DNA from: Chrysomallon squamiferum
Lineage: Eukaryota > Animalia > Mollusca
Assembly (NCBI GenBank): GCA_012295275.1
Contig: CM022676.1
Location: 6,634,001-6,698,000 of the forward strand
Direction: 5' to 3'
Length of the DNA: 64,000 bases
Part shown: one piece after another, positions 14,853-29,409 of the stretch
Layout of the letters: every line of letters starts with the position of its first letter
Position numbering within the stretch: the stretch's first letter is position 1
Notes under the pieces: model-generated
What the model was told of the DNA's origin: nothing
Seen by the model: the letters and a program-made list of their open reading frames with translations, nothing else
Database searches by the model: none
Made by a program: the position numbers and the translations under genes

Positions 14853-15859
14853 TTAAGCAGACTTTATATTTGATTGGAATATGAAATCATGATATATATA
14901 TATATTTTTTTTTTTTAAACCATACATAAACATATTGATTTTATATAAAAGATATTAGTTTAAGATTTTATTTTCCTGGCAAAAACCTTCACAGTTCTTT
15001 AATCTGTGTCAATCTCAGTATGAATACACCTCTGAATGTAAAATTTTATTAATTCTCATTTGTTTTAGTTCTTTAATTAACAAATTCAACAGATCTAGTC
15101 ACATTTGTACTAAGAAAATCATGGCGCCATAAGATACAAATCATGTTTTGTTGTTTTTGGTGTTATTTTTCTATAAAATATATTTGTGAAAAACAGTATT
15201 ACAATTTTTTTTTGGAATACTTTCATAAATCTTTCAAAAATTGATTTTACTTGTTAGAATGTGATTTACATGTTAGGTTGTGGGCTGAAATCTAATAATT
15301 TGTGTTGCTAGAATGTAATTATTCACTGAAGTTGAATATTGAGTATTGTAAATGGATGAAATATGCAAACTTTAGATAAAATGTTTGTCAAGAAACGACG
15401 AGAATGTTTTCAGTAATTTTTATTAATTTATTTATTTGTTTTAATCTGTTTTTTTTAAAGAAGTCAGTTACAGTGAATAGTAGCTGATACATAATATTGC
15501 TAAGAAAAATAAAAAAAATAAAAAATAACCCCATGGTAACTAGGTTTTTTTTCATTTCAGCATTTTATCATATCAGCAGATAGCATAATGTCTGATTCAT
15601 GGTTTGTTTCACTTACAATGAGCAAATCTTGCATAAATATTCAATACCATAAGGAATGTGTAATACCCCAAATGTGTAGGGTTTTGTGTTGTTGGGGGTT
15701 TTTTTGTTTTTTTTTAATTGATTGCTATATTTTATTGAATATTTATTTATTTATTTATTTATTTATTATGTTGAAACATTAAGAACTTTTTTTTATATTG
15801 AGGACATTGATACCAATTCAAAAACACAATCTATTAAAAAATCCTAAAGGTTAACATTG

Positions 15860-16630
15860 TTTTAAGCTGATAACCTAAATGTTACAACTGTATCATGTTT
15901 ATGTTGAGGACTGATATATACGAAGATTATAACCATATTTATGTTAATCATCACACTTTCCATTTGATAACATCTTTTATGCAGAAGATCTAAAGGTCAA
16001 GAGGGTAAAATGTTTTATGTTGAGGACGTAAAGGTCAGGAGGATTACATTTTATGTTGATCATCTTAACTTTACTGTCAAATGATAAACCTATTTAATGT
16101 CGAAAAGTGAAGAAATGATTTATGTTGAAGACCTAAAGGTCAAGATGACAACATTTTATGTTGAGGACCTGCAAGCTGTTTTTTGTGTTGATGTTTTCAC
16201 GTTGAAAACCTAAGAGTTATGGTAAATGTGTTACAGACTAATGGCCTAAAGGTCAAAATGGTAATGTTGAGGACTGAATGGTTGAGAGGAGGTGCTTTAT
16301 GTTAATAATCTGAAGGTCATATTAGTAACTGGTTAATGTTGAAGGACCTAAATGTTATGACGATAACATGTTTTATGTTGAGGGTCTAAATGTGAGGATT
16401 GTAATGTGTTTTTATGTTGAGGACCTAAATGTCAGGACTGTATTGTGTTTATGTTAATGACCTAACTCTCCAAATAGTAACATGTTTTATGTTGAGGACC
16501 TAAAGGTCAAAATAAAATTAAGGATATAAAGGTCAGTATTAAATCTAGGTCTTAAGAGTCTAAATAAAATAAGGACTAAAGGTCAAAAAAGTAGGACCTG
16601 ATGATCAAGATTAACTTAAAGACCTAAAAT
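15860..16630 (+). repeat. Degenerate ~38-bp minisatellite (ttttatgttgaggacctaaaggtca...)
   Basis: Many copies of atgttgaggac and taaaggtca. Confidence 0.85.
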
Positions 16631-17115
16631 CAAGAATAAAATGAAGATATAACATCAAAAGCCAATATTTTATATATAATAATATATAACTGATGAACAA
16701 GAAATTGGTTTATGAGCATCATACAAACAAACCATTTCTGTTAAAAGGAAAAACAATTTTAATTTATTATTATTATTTTATTTTTTTAATAGTGTGTTTT
16801 ATGGTTGTCAACTGTTTCTGATTTCAGCGTACAATACTTTCTTCTCATTTCATTTTGTACAGAAAAAATTAATAAATAGTTATTGATTTTTACCTTCTCC
16901 ACCCCCCACCATTTTTTTTTTTTTTTACATATATATTTTTTTTAATCTAGATCCTGTATTTAGCAGTTGTAGAAATGTTGCCTCTTTTTGTACAATGAAC
17001 ACTTGTTAAATGTTGTTTTTACACTTTGTAATACAAATATTTGTAAAATCATGCATAATAATAACTAATATTGCTTAATTAATTTTGCTATTGATGTTAA
17101 ACATAATTCTCAATG

Positions 17116-17162
<47 letters not shown>

Positions 17163-17316
17163 ATTATTATTATTTTTTTTTTTTCAAATGCTTAAATTTT
17201 TCGCTTTTCATTATTTTTGCTGTGGTGTTTGATAAATAAAATACTCTAGTCAGTGGGGTTTGTTTGTGTTTCTTTATTTGTCAACAAAAGCATATGGTTG
17301 AATAAAGGAAGATATA

Positions 17317-17637
17317 CAGGTACAGGACCAATTATTCGGTGTCCTGAAATCCAGAAAAACCAGAAAAATCATAGTTGGTGTGTGCAGGTATTTTCCTCAC
17401 CAGACTGGAACTACTCTTTCAAGCCACATGGCATTCATTCACTCGCCGCACTATTTACATGTCGAGTTGCCAAAGTTGTGTATTGTCAATTTTCTTTATG
17501 TTTTTTTTATTTTAATTTTAAAATGTTCATGCCTAGTTATTACTTATTTAGATGCCTTGGTACCAGAAAATTGAAAAATCCAGAAATCCAGAATGCCTCA
17601 GGCTACAAGGATACCGGATAATTTGTCTGGTACCATG
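17317..17637. mobile_element. Non-autonomous Tc1/mariner-pogo-type MITE (~320 bp)
   Basis: TA flanks at 17315-16 and 17638-39. ~30-bp imperfect TIRs: caggtacaggaccaattattcggtgtcct versus reverse complement of right end catggtaccagacaaattatccggtatcct. No transposase ORF. Confidence 0.75.
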
Positions 17638-19009
17638 TACTGAAGTATAATCAGTATTTTTGTAGTCATACATTTATATTACATGTGAACAGAAAATGTG
17701 ACCCATCACATGAAAACAGGTCTCAAGTCACATGGCTATGCACTGAGCTTTAGGTAGCAATAGAGGATTGACACAAAACTTTTATTTTTATATTTTCTTA
17801 AAAATAGGTTCATATATACATATATATATATATATATACCTTTAATCCAGTGATGATACAATTGGTCAAACACTTCAGTTCAAGCTTTTCCTTTCCATGG
17901 AAAAGTTTTTATAAAATATCCTTCTTAGAAAGAAGTAAAAATGTTTTGAATAACATTTTCCTATTTATGGAGTTACTTCAAAATTATACTATTCAGTAAG
18001 AATTAAAAAATATGTCATTTCAGTCTATGTAATAAGTCATAAAAAAATTAAAGAAAAAACTTTCCTGTTTATAGAAAGTTACATCAAAAATATATTGTCT
18101 AGTAAGAAATGAAAATTGTAAGTGTATTTTGACAATTAATTATATCAAAGATTTAAAAAAAAAACTTTCATGTTTGTAGAAAGTTACTTTAAAAATGTAT
18201 TATTTAATAATAAAAACAAAAATTTGTTACTGCATTTTTACTATTTTTAATTTTTTCATAACAAGAATTTCAGTTCAAATTCTCCTGTATATAGGAGGGT
18301 TTAATATAAAACATGTCTTTGCTTGGTTTACTCTGTTACTTCATCTAAACAATATTTTTACACTGACAAGGTCAGAATAGTACTGAAATGTCAATAAAAA
18401 AATATTTTCTAAAGCAATACCTTCATCATGAATGCTTTAAAAAAAAAATAAAAATAAAAATAAAAATAATAATAATATTAAAATAAATAAAATAAAAAAA
18501 TAAGTTAATTTAACTAGTTATCAAACCAAACACTGACATTCTTGAATATCCACTAATGTTAGCCTAAAATAAAATAAAAAATTATTTATTTTTGAAAAGA
18601 GTGAATTTTATTATTTATTTATTTATTTATTTTTTTTTTTTTAAATATTTTATTTCTTGGGACTATTGTAAGCTGAAATAGATTTTTAAAATAATTTTAT
18701 TTGTGGATATGTTCTAAAGTTCAAGCTGACTATGGTTTATGCAAATTTTGTAACTGATCTGTATTATCCATTAAGAAAATAAAATAATAAAATAGATAAA
18801 ACAGTAAAAAAATATTTAAAAAAGGAAGAATTATAATAAAGAAAGAAAAAATAAATAAAAAAGAAATAAAATAAAATAATAATAATAATAATAATAATAA
18901 ATATAAAAAATAAAATAAATTAAATAAAATTAAATAAAATAAAATATAAAAAATAAATAAATAAAATAAATAAAATAAATAATAAACAAACAAACTAAAA
19001 CAAAATAAA

Positions 19010-19345
19010 TAGGAGTGGGGACAGTATAATAGTATATAATAGTAAGTAATAATGATATTATAGGAGTGAAGACAGTATAATAGTATATAATAGTAAGTAA
19101 TAATGATATTATAGGAGTGAAGACAGTATAATAGTATATAATAGTAAGTAATAATGATATTATAGCAGTGAAGACAGTATAATAATATATAACAGTATGT
19201 AATAATGATATAGCAGTGAAGACAGTATAATAATATATAACAGTATGTAATAATAATATTACAGGAGTGAGGATAGTTTAATAATATACAAATAGTACAT
19301 CAAAATCATTACAGGAGTGAGGATAGTTTAATAATATACAAATAC
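19010..19345 (+). repeat. ~49-bp tandem repeat (ataggagtgaagacagtataatagtatataatagtaagtaataatgatatt)
   Basis: About 7 near-perfect to degenerate copies. Confidence 0.9.
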
Positions 19346-19479
19346 TGACATCAAATGTCAATAGGTCCATGTCTTATATGCTTCAACATCATGGAGAAAT
19401 AGTGCCAGATATCTCTAAGTTACATGCTGCATTTAACACAGCATAATAGTGACAGTGTGTGAATAGTGACATTTAGTGA

Positions 19480-20455
19480 CCCTAGACCCATAATATATGT
19501 GCTTTGATGAGTTTTTTTTTTATAAATAACCTTCACAGATCTAAACTACATTCCTTTATCGTGTTGGTTTTATTTCTGTTTCAAGACATGGGCTTTGATA
19601 TCATGACTTTTTCCTCAAATAAAAATGTGGTTTTTTTTGTAGAAATAATCTTAAGTGCCTCACAGTTCTCAACTTATTTTCTGTATGCTGACCCATAACA
19701 AATGTGCTTTGATATCATGACTTTTTCCTTAAATAGACATGTTTTTTTTGTAGAAATAATCTTAAGTGCTTCGCAACTCTCAATGTATTTTCTGTATGCT
19801 GACCCATAACAAATGTGCTTTGATATCATGGCAGTTTCCTTAAATAAATAAATTTCTTATAGAAGATAAACTTCAGCATCTTACACTGAACTGAATTGAG
19901 GACACATATTTTTTGTGGAAATTATTTTTAATACCTTACAGTTAGTTCTAAGTTGTATCCTATATGCTGGCCCATAACAAACATGCTTTGACATCATGGC
20001 TATTTCCTTAAATAAACAGATTTCTTGTAGAAATAATCTTCAAAATCTCACAGTGCCTTATATCATATAATGAAACATTATTAAGGACAGATTATTCTTA
20101 TGGAAATTATCATTAATACCATACAGGTCTAAGTTGTATCTTCTATACTGACCCATAACAAACATGCTTTGACATCGTGACTGTTTCATTAAGTAAACAG
20201 ATTTCTTGTAGAAATAATTTTCAGTATCTCACAATAAGTTATATCATATATTGAACTGTATTGAGGACATATATTTCTTGTAGAAATTATCTTTAATACT
20301 TTTGAGTTTAAATTTTATCCTATATGCTGATCCATAAACAAACGTGCTTTGACATCATGGCTATTTCCTTAAATAAACGAATTTCTTGTAGAAATAATCT
20401 CCAGTATCTCACAATATCTTATATCATATATTGAACTGTACTGAGGACAGAGATC
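19480..20455 (+). repeat. Tandem repeat with ~110-180-bp units anchored on gacccataacaaa(t/c)(g/a)tgctttga(t/c)atcatg
   Basis: The anchor recurs near 19485, 19690, 19800, 19970, 20150 and 20330, with a shared ttcttgtagaaat(a/t)at sub-repeat. Confidence 0.85.
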
Positions 20456-22839
20456 TTTTGCTGTGTATTTATTTGTGTCTTCATAACGAGCAGCTTACAT
20501 CACAAGGACTTTTCCAGAGCGTTTTGTACACCACAGGGTGTCAGTGTCTTTTCTTCTGTTTACAGTGTAATAACAACACCAGGCAGCAGCACAACATGGT
20601 CGTTATTGATTTTCATCTGTTACTTTCACACAGGAGGACTGCCACAATTTGTTACTTTCACACAGGAGGACTGCCACAATTAGGCACAAATAATAAAAAA
20701 GAGAGAGAGAGAGGGAGAGAGACATCTGTCTTTGTACTGGTGTAACAGGCAGATTAGATTCTATTTGTGTTGTGTCTGATGATGAAGGCCATTTTTGTAC
20801 TGATGCGACAGATTAAATTCTGCTTCAGATGTAGTCTGTTTTATATATCTGTTCATATGTGTGTGTTTGTGTGTGTGTGTGTGACTGTTCATATATCTGA
20901 TTGTCTTTTTGTATATCTGTTTGTCTGTTCATATATTTGATGGTCTGTTTGGATGTCCCTCTAGCCTTCCATGTTTATTAGTCTGGTTGGATTGGGGAAA
21001 AAGATATCCTTGTATTTGAATCAGATTATTTTCTTCAGAAATTTTTTCAAGCTTCTACAAGTATTTTTTGATACAGTTTTCTACTGGATGATTAGGAAAT
21101 GGGTATCCTTGTCTTTGTAACGGATTCATTTATTCTGACTGTTTGAGTCATTATATCTGCTGTGACATGATTTTCCAATGCACTGTGGGTAAAATTTTGC
21201 CCACAGTTACAGTAACTGTTACACCATTCCAACCACTTTATGATCACCATTATATTTCACTCATTCACTCACACAACATGATCAGTTCTCCTAAAATGGG
21301 ATAATTCCCATTCCAACCAGTACTCAAGAATTAGTTTATCAAGTGTTAGATTACCTATCACTTCATTCATAAATTATTATTTGGAAATTCTAGTAGCAAC
21401 ACATTTTATGTGTCTGTTAATAAGAACAGATCCAGTTGATAAAACTATTGATCTGTTGAATACTTTGAGCATACAGTGTCATGGTATCTTTAAAACAAAT
21501 CTACTACATTTTTTCCCCTACTGACACAAGATATTCACAGAAAAAAAAAAAATCGATATTCAGTTACGGAGCAGTGGTTGGATTTGGAAAAAGTCTAAAT
21601 TTACACCATAAAATCAGGCTGATACGGCATCCTACAAGCCCACAAGCCACCATGGTACAACCCATCTCTGTAAAAAGATCAGTACACTAATAACCCACGT
21701 TGGTTATGACTTTTTAAATCTTTACTTAATCTAGCAGTGATGGTATAATGGCAGTAGTACACAATTGAACATTAGATATGGATTAAATGGTGCAGTATTG
21801 AATGATAAAAGAAGAATTATACTGCATATATATAGATTAAGCTGTTGATAATGCTGCAGTAATTGCATATCATTAGTGTGCAGGAATAATCCTATAATAA
21901 GTGGAAGTGAAATGCTGATAATTCAGGAATAAGGAGGAGGCATTAATGATGCAGGAATAATTAAAATGTGAATGTAAAATAAAACACGAATTATACTGGA
22001 GTGAGTAGTAAAGAATTAATAATAATAGTTTAGGAATAATTGAACAAAGGAATAATGAAGCGATGTAAAAAAAAAAAAATGATGGGTAAGGAATATTTAT
22101 ATAAAACTAATAATATAGGGATGATGAGAGTATTATAGCAAAAAGGAGTTGTGACAGTGTAATAGTGATTTATGAGAATGAAAAAATTATAATAGTGATT
22201 GTATAACAATGGCAAAAATATAATAGTGATTGTATAAAAATGATGACAATGTAATAGTGATTGTATAATTATGGTGACAGTTTAATAGTGATGATAAAAA
22301 AATGGTGACAGTTTAATAGTGATTGTATAAGAATGGTGACTGTTTAATAGTGATTGTATAAAAATGGTGACAATATGACAGTGATTTTACACTATAAAAG
22401 TCATTATTAGGAATGGTATATATATATATATATATACTGTAAATATCATATTTCCATTCCTATACTGTCACCATTATACACTGCCGCTAGTAACCAGTCA
22501 TCACTTTTATATTATCAGCTATTAAATGGATCCGGTGACAGAGTATCACAGCCTCCCAATAGATTACTTCTGTTACAACCTGGCTGCATAGAACATCTGA
22601 TACAAGCTTGTAGCATGTTACCCTAACAAAGAGTCTATTCTATGGAACGTCGCTCATGTGCATCACTGGCAGCAGATGGTTCTTTTGATCATGCCTTTAT
22701 CATAAAGCTGTCAAGCTTATTGCCTGCCGAATAAATAAATTAGACAATGTGTAATGACATCTAACACGTTTTTGTATTATCAGTTTTACAGGTGTTGTTT
22801 TTTTTTGTTTGTTTTTTCTGTAATATTCATATTATTGAT

Positions 22840-22995
22840 AGACAGGAAATCCAGTGCAGTCAATTTATGGGATTGCGTTACTAGTTAGCAGAGAGATATA
22901 TATTTTATAGCACCTTCTCGTAGGCAGGTAAACACTTGATAAACTCATTCTGGAGTACTGGTTGGAATGGGAAGTAGCCCATTAGGAGAACTGAT
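22840..22995 (-). mobile_element. Decayed SINE-like interspersed repeat
   Basis: Shares the gag(c/t)actggttggaatgg(g)aa core with 25058, 28367 and (inverted) 21306, plus the upstream ttagcag...ttttata..cacc segment shared with 36010 and (inverted) 42950. It resembles a tRNA-derived SINE recalled from gastropod genomes (not verified). Confidence 0.5.
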
Positions 22996-24563
22996 CATGT
23001 GGTATGTGATTGAGTGAAATCTAATAGTGATTGTAAAGTGGTTGGAATGGTATAACAGTTATTATAACTGTCCAAGAATGATGATGATGATAATATTGAT
23101 AGTATATCAACAATAGTGATTGTAAAGAAATAGTGACAGTATAACTGATAGTATAGAAGTAGTGACAGTATAACTCATGTTATAAAAGTAGTGACAGTAT
23201 AACAGTGACATTATGGAAGTGGTGACAGAATATAACTCGTTATTCTATAAGAGTGACAGTATAAAAATATAGTGACTATAATAGTGAGAACAATAGTGAC
23301 TATATTACTAGTGACAACATAACAATAATACTGTATGAACAGTGATATTATATGAATAGTGACAGTTTAAGTGATACTATCCAAAAACTGACAGTATAAC
23401 AGTGATACTATATAAATACTGACAGTATGACAGTGATACTGTATGAATACTGGACAGTACATTAGTAACATAACAATGATAACATACAACCAGTGACAAT
23501 ATACCAGAGATATGACATGTTCAGTAAACACAAGAAATACAATAAGTTAATCAGATAGGAGCAGTAACAAGTTATGAGAGATTTAATACACAGGACTGAG
23601 TTTCTGGCAATGGAAAGCAATTACAGTATAGATTTCTGATCAATGGGTGTCTTTTATGAAAACTAATCAACTGTTTCGCAGCCAGAGGAAGCAATTGAAT
23701 TTGTCCCCATCGTTTTTAGGCCAGCACAGAAAAACATACTTTGTTTTGCGTACTCTGTGACTCTTGACAATGTTGTAATGTTTATTTATTTATTTATATA
23801 TTATTATTATTATAGTATTTGTGTGTGTTTGTGTTTAATATATAGTATAGTTTGGAAGACATATATATATATATATTTCTTAATTTGTTGTGACTAGTAT
23901 ATAATTCAGAATGTTTCTTAACTAGATGTTATTCAAACTGTCGCTTAAGCAAATCTTAATATTTCTTAACTTCATGTTGTTCCATAACTTGTTATGTTTA
24001 ATATATAATTTCAGAATGTTTATTAGTCTCAATCTGTCCCTTAACTTGTTGTACTCAGTATACACTTCAGAATGTTTATTAGCTTCAATCTGTCCCATAA
24101 CTTGTTGTACTCAGTATACACTTCAGTGTGTTTATTAACTTCAAGTTGTCCCTTAACTTGTCATGCCCAGTATACACTTCAAGACTGTTAAATGGCATGA
24201 AGAGACTTCCAGGCTTATTCCTTCAACTGAAAGTTTTTTTTCTCTTCTGGCACCCATCATTTCTTATCTAGAGTGAGTTAGTGTTAGGGTTTAGAAGCTT
24301 TCAGAGTACTTTCCCTGCTGACAAAACTTGATTTATCCTGAGAAAGACACTATGGCAGTAAAGAGTGTGAATAGGAAGTCAGTAGCATTAGGCAAAGTGT
24401 GATTCAATAAAACTTATGTTATTTGTTGTGCAGAGGTACGTTTGTATATGTGTGTGTGTGTAATATGTCTGAATGTGTGTTTGTGGTTGTTGGTATGGCT
24501 GTTTTTAATGTCTACCTGTGTGTGGAGTTTGTGTGTCTACATCTATTTATCTATCTATTTAAT

Positions 24564-24632
<69 letters not shown>

Positions 24633-24969
24633 AATATAATATACATATACACATACATATAACACATACATAATTATATAATTTTGCAAAGATGCACATA
24701 TAAATGTTTATATTTGCATGTATCCATGTATATATCTATGTATGTATGTCTATGTATTTTTATGTTTTTACTTGTGTGTGTGTGTGTCCATTTGTGTGTT
24801 TCTGGATGATATCTTTAGTTTATTATATGTCCTTGTCAAAATAAATAGTTTTATTGACTTTTCACTATAAATGATTGTAGTGAACTAAACCTTTAGTTTG
24901 ATGCATCTTTGAATACATTTGAAGGAAGAAAACAGAGATATCTGCATATTCTTCTTCATTCATTACTCT

Positions 24970-25120
24970 TATATCAGCAACTCAGTAACAAACAGTCATT
25001 CACATGTATTTTCCCACAGACACAAAATCCCCATATTTATTGATAATAAAATTACAGAGCACTGGTTGGAATGGAAATTTTTTCTGTAAGTCAACTAATA
25101 AGATTTGATCCTGTGATTGA
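24970..25120 (-). mobile_element. Decayed SINE-like interspersed repeat (same family)
   Basis: ttcccacagac...gagcactggttggaatggaaa...tttgatcct, the last part resembling a reversed B-box. Confidence 0.45.
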
Positions 25121-25509
25121 TAATTTCTTAGGTGTTATGATGTCCGTGTTACTAAGACGTTAATATGTGTGAGTAAATAGATGTGTGTGTGTGTTTCTCT
25201 ACAAATTAACAAGAGAGAATGAGAGGTGATATTCCATTAAGGAAAAAAAAAATCAATAACACAGTCTGTGCAGATGATGATAACCATGTGAAATATCATG
25301 GTTATTGGCATCATGTAAAACAAACAGCAAAAGTGTAATAATAGTAATCATAGATGAGGGAAAAAAATAAATATTGGCAAAAAAATATATTTTAGACATT
25401 TTTAGATGTGTTTTAAATGGCATTGTATCAACTATCTCAGCATTGATTTTTTTTAATATTTTTAATTTTTAATTTTTTTTTTTTCCTGAGGAATCACAGC
25501 TAAAGTAAT

Positions 25510-26080
25510 CTTAATATCTGGATATTTAAGGTATTTCTGGATATTTAAATTATATTTGGATACTTAAGGCTCATCTCGATATCTAAGCCTGTTTGTTTAT
25601 TAAAAGTGTGTCTATATATTTAAAATGTATATTTTAATATGTATTTGAATATTTGAGGTATATTTGGGTTTCTAAGTCTGTATATTAAAGGTATTTCAGG
25701 ATGTTTAAAGGATTTTTGGTTTTAAGTGTATATTTTAATTGTTTGGATACTTCAAAGGATATTTGGATATTTAATGTATAACTGGATATTTAAAGTATAC
25801 CCAGATATTTATGGCATACCTACATATCTGAAGTATAGATGGATATTAAAGGTATATTTGGATGTTAAAAGAAATATATTCAAAGATTTTCAAATTGTAT
25901 CTGAATATTTTAGAGTTGATCAGGATATTTAAAGCCCATTTGGATATTTAATATATAAATATCAGGATATATAAGGCATATTTAGATTTAAAGTAAATTG
26001 GAATATTTTAAGAATATATCTGGATGTTAAAAGTATATATAGTTTATGAAATATTTAGATATAAATGGATATTTAAATTA
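25510..26080 (+). repeat. Degenerate ~20-bp minisatellite (tggatatttaa.gtata)
   Basis: Repeated ggatattta cores. Confidence 0.75.
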
Positions 26081-26414
26081 TATAAGAATATCTCAGTTAT
26101 ATAAAAATATTTTGATCTAAAATAAATTGCACTGGTTCAACTGAACATTGTTGACTAAGTCTTTATAGTATCTGTGTTTAAGTAAGTTGTGTATCAAAGG
26201 CTTAGTCTTTATAGAGATTTTGTGGCTGTCCAGTTTATAAAGCCTAAATCATGGATGGAAAAAGGTTTTATGTTCATAAAAATGTAACTAAAACCTAAAA
26301 ACCATAAATTCTGTTAAACATTGATTTCAATTATTATATTGTATTTAAAAAATGAATTGAATTTAGTATATTAAAATAGTTTTTACTTTGAAAATATAAT
26401 ATTTATCTTTTTCT

Positions 26415-26619
26415 ATACCATTATTACTACCTCTACTAAAACTACTACTACTAATAATAATATGAATAACAACAATAATAATATAAAATAATAATAATAA
26501 AGATAATAGTAATAACAGTAATAACAACAGCAATAGCAAACAATAACAGCAATATAATAATAATAATAATAATAACAGTAATATAATAATAATAAGAAGA
26601 AGAAGAAGAAGAAGAACAA

Positions 26620-26694
<75 letters not shown>

Positions 26695-26705
26695 CAACAA
26701 CAGAA
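26415..26705. repeat. Compound trinucleotide microsatellite (ACT/AAT/AAG/AAC/CAG)
   Basis: Directly visible; no splice context or flanking coding sequence. Confidence 0.9.
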
Positions 26706-27393
26706 AAATAACACTAAAATAGAAAATACCAAAATACCTCAGTTCAAAAATAATTTAACTGAAACAGAAGACGCTGGTCGTGTTTTTTCTCACTCAACAA
26801 CAGAAGTAATTTTCTTCCTGCACAGAGACAAGCAAATTACAAACAACATGTAACATATATTATTTACAACCATCTCTCTCACCCTCTGTATTTTCTGCAG
26901 AGACCAAGTTTCTCACTCTTCGCAGTATTGCTGTTTTGTCGTCTCCCCGTAATTGACACGATCAATAATTAATTTCTGTATTTTTAGTTTGATCTTTGGT
27001 GATTTTGAAGTTTAGAGTGTTTAAAAAAAAAAAAAAAGAAGAAAGAAGAAGGAGAGAAGAGATAATGGATGTTTGTGTCAAAATGTGTTTGTTTTGTTTT
27101 GTTTTGGAGATGATCGTGGAGGTTTTCTGGAGGTGGGAGGGTGTTAGGGGAATACTTTTTTTTTTTTTTAATGAAAATGTTTTTTAAATACAGTTATTTT
27201 CAGTATTGTTTTAATATAGATGGTGGTTTTTTTTTTTGGTTTTGTTACTATTATTCCTTATTTTCTTCATCTTCTTTCTTCTTCTTCTTCTTCTAATTAT
27301 TATCATCATCATCTCTATTTTGTTTTTATTCTTGAAGGACTTATGCTTCACTGATTAGTTTATACATTTTGTTTATAATAATAGAATATTTTT

Positions 27394-27483
<90 letters not shown>

Positions 27484-27567
27484 AGAACATATTATTAAAT
27501 ATTTTGTTAAAAAGCATTTTGATTTAAAATACTAAAAATACTAATAATAATTAAAATAATATTAAAA

Positions 27568-27605
<38 letters not shown>

Positions 27606-27619
27606 TAACAATAATGGTG

Positions 27620-27660
<41 letters not shown>

Positions 27661-28839
27661 TTTAATGGTGATAGTAATAACAGTAATAATAATAATTATA
27701 ATGGTGATAGTAATAAGAGTAATAATAATAATAATAATAATACAAACAACACCAACACCACCACCACCAACAACAACAACAACAACAATATCAACAACAA
27801 CACAGCACATTACTTGAAATATTAAATAATGTAGATGTATCACTGACTCCATTTTGACTCTGTTTACCCTCATGGAAGCTAGTCGCACATGTAAATGAGG
27901 GAGTGTAATGGAACATTGATGTGTTTTTCTTTGATTGATCATTGGCACTAAATTCCAACATATTCATGAAACTGAGAGCTTAACCCAGTTTTAAAACTTG
28001 TGTAGGCAATTTATTCATTTTCTTCAGCTAGAGGAACATATCATGTTTCTGTTGGAAATGGAAACTGGCAAAAAAAAAATGATGACGGTTAGACTCATTT
28101 TTCACAAATAATCTTTCCAAATAAATATTTGATTGTGATATATATATATATATATATATATGATGATTGGATAATTAAATAAAAAATGTGTTCATGCACT
28201 TGCTAAATTCTTTAAAAAAAAAACAATTAGAGAAAAAAAAAAGTCAATTAGGTTTTCTTTCTCTGTATGACATCAGAAAAAAGAAGAAAAGTAAAGTTTT
28301 TTTTTAACCATGGTCTAATTTTGAGAATATCCTACAAACAAAATACTGCATGTACTGTAACACTATGGAACACTGGCTAGAATGGGAAAATAATTGGGGC
28401 TATACACTGATAATATATTTATTCCTGTGATCTTATAGCATCAGTCCTGTATTTTATCATTGACTCATAGTATAACTGAGTTCTGACTAATAGTATCCAT
28501 TTAGGTTTGACTCATAGTATCCACTTAGTTCTTACTTATAGTATCCATTTAGTTCGGAATCATGGTATCCATTTAGTTCTGACTCATAGTATCCATTTGA
28601 TTCAGTTTTTAGTCAGATTGTTACAGTGATGATTACTTGTATACAACTGTTTGTTTCATTTTTAATACCTTTAGACACACATGCAGACAGACAGACAGAC
28701 AGACAGACACAGACACACACACACACACACACACACACATTATAGACATATGTACCAGTATATTTTCATATACATGGACATGTCAATACATTTAGCATGC
28801 ATAAATACAGATATTCATAGAAAAAGACAGAAATACAGT

Positions 28840-28901
<62 letters not shown>

Positions 28902-29257
28902 AAAACAAAACACATATTTATGAATATATGAGAGATATCTCTTTTGCAGTATCTACACTCACACTGTATAAATTGATTTTGTTTTCATGTCTGTATGTCC
29001 CATCTTCTGACCCAGCTATCTAACTACTGAAGACACAAATTAAATTAATCTCCATGGAAATTGTTACAAATCACTAGTGAATTGTATAAGTGACATTTAG
29101 AGGATTATAAAGTTTGTTATCAAATCCAGTCTTTGATGAAAGTGTATGTGTAAGTGGAAATTTTTTTATTTTATTTACATTTCATTTTTTCAGCTTGGCA
29201 ACCAACATTGACAAGCAAAACATTTATTTTATTTTATTTATAATACTGTTGTTTTCT

Positions 29258-29297
<40 letters not shown>

Positions 29298-29359
29298 ATA
29301 TATAACATATATACATATATATACATATATATATAATATATATTTGTATATATTATTAT

Positions 29360-29409
<50 letters not shown>

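Noticed and set aside
17696-17745. atgtgacccatcacatgaaaacagg as a transposon terminus
   Set aside because: Resembles a MITE end, but no matching opposite terminus was found.
26620-26703. (CAG)n as a polyglutamine exon
   Set aside because: Part of a compound microsatellite with no splice sites or coding flanks.
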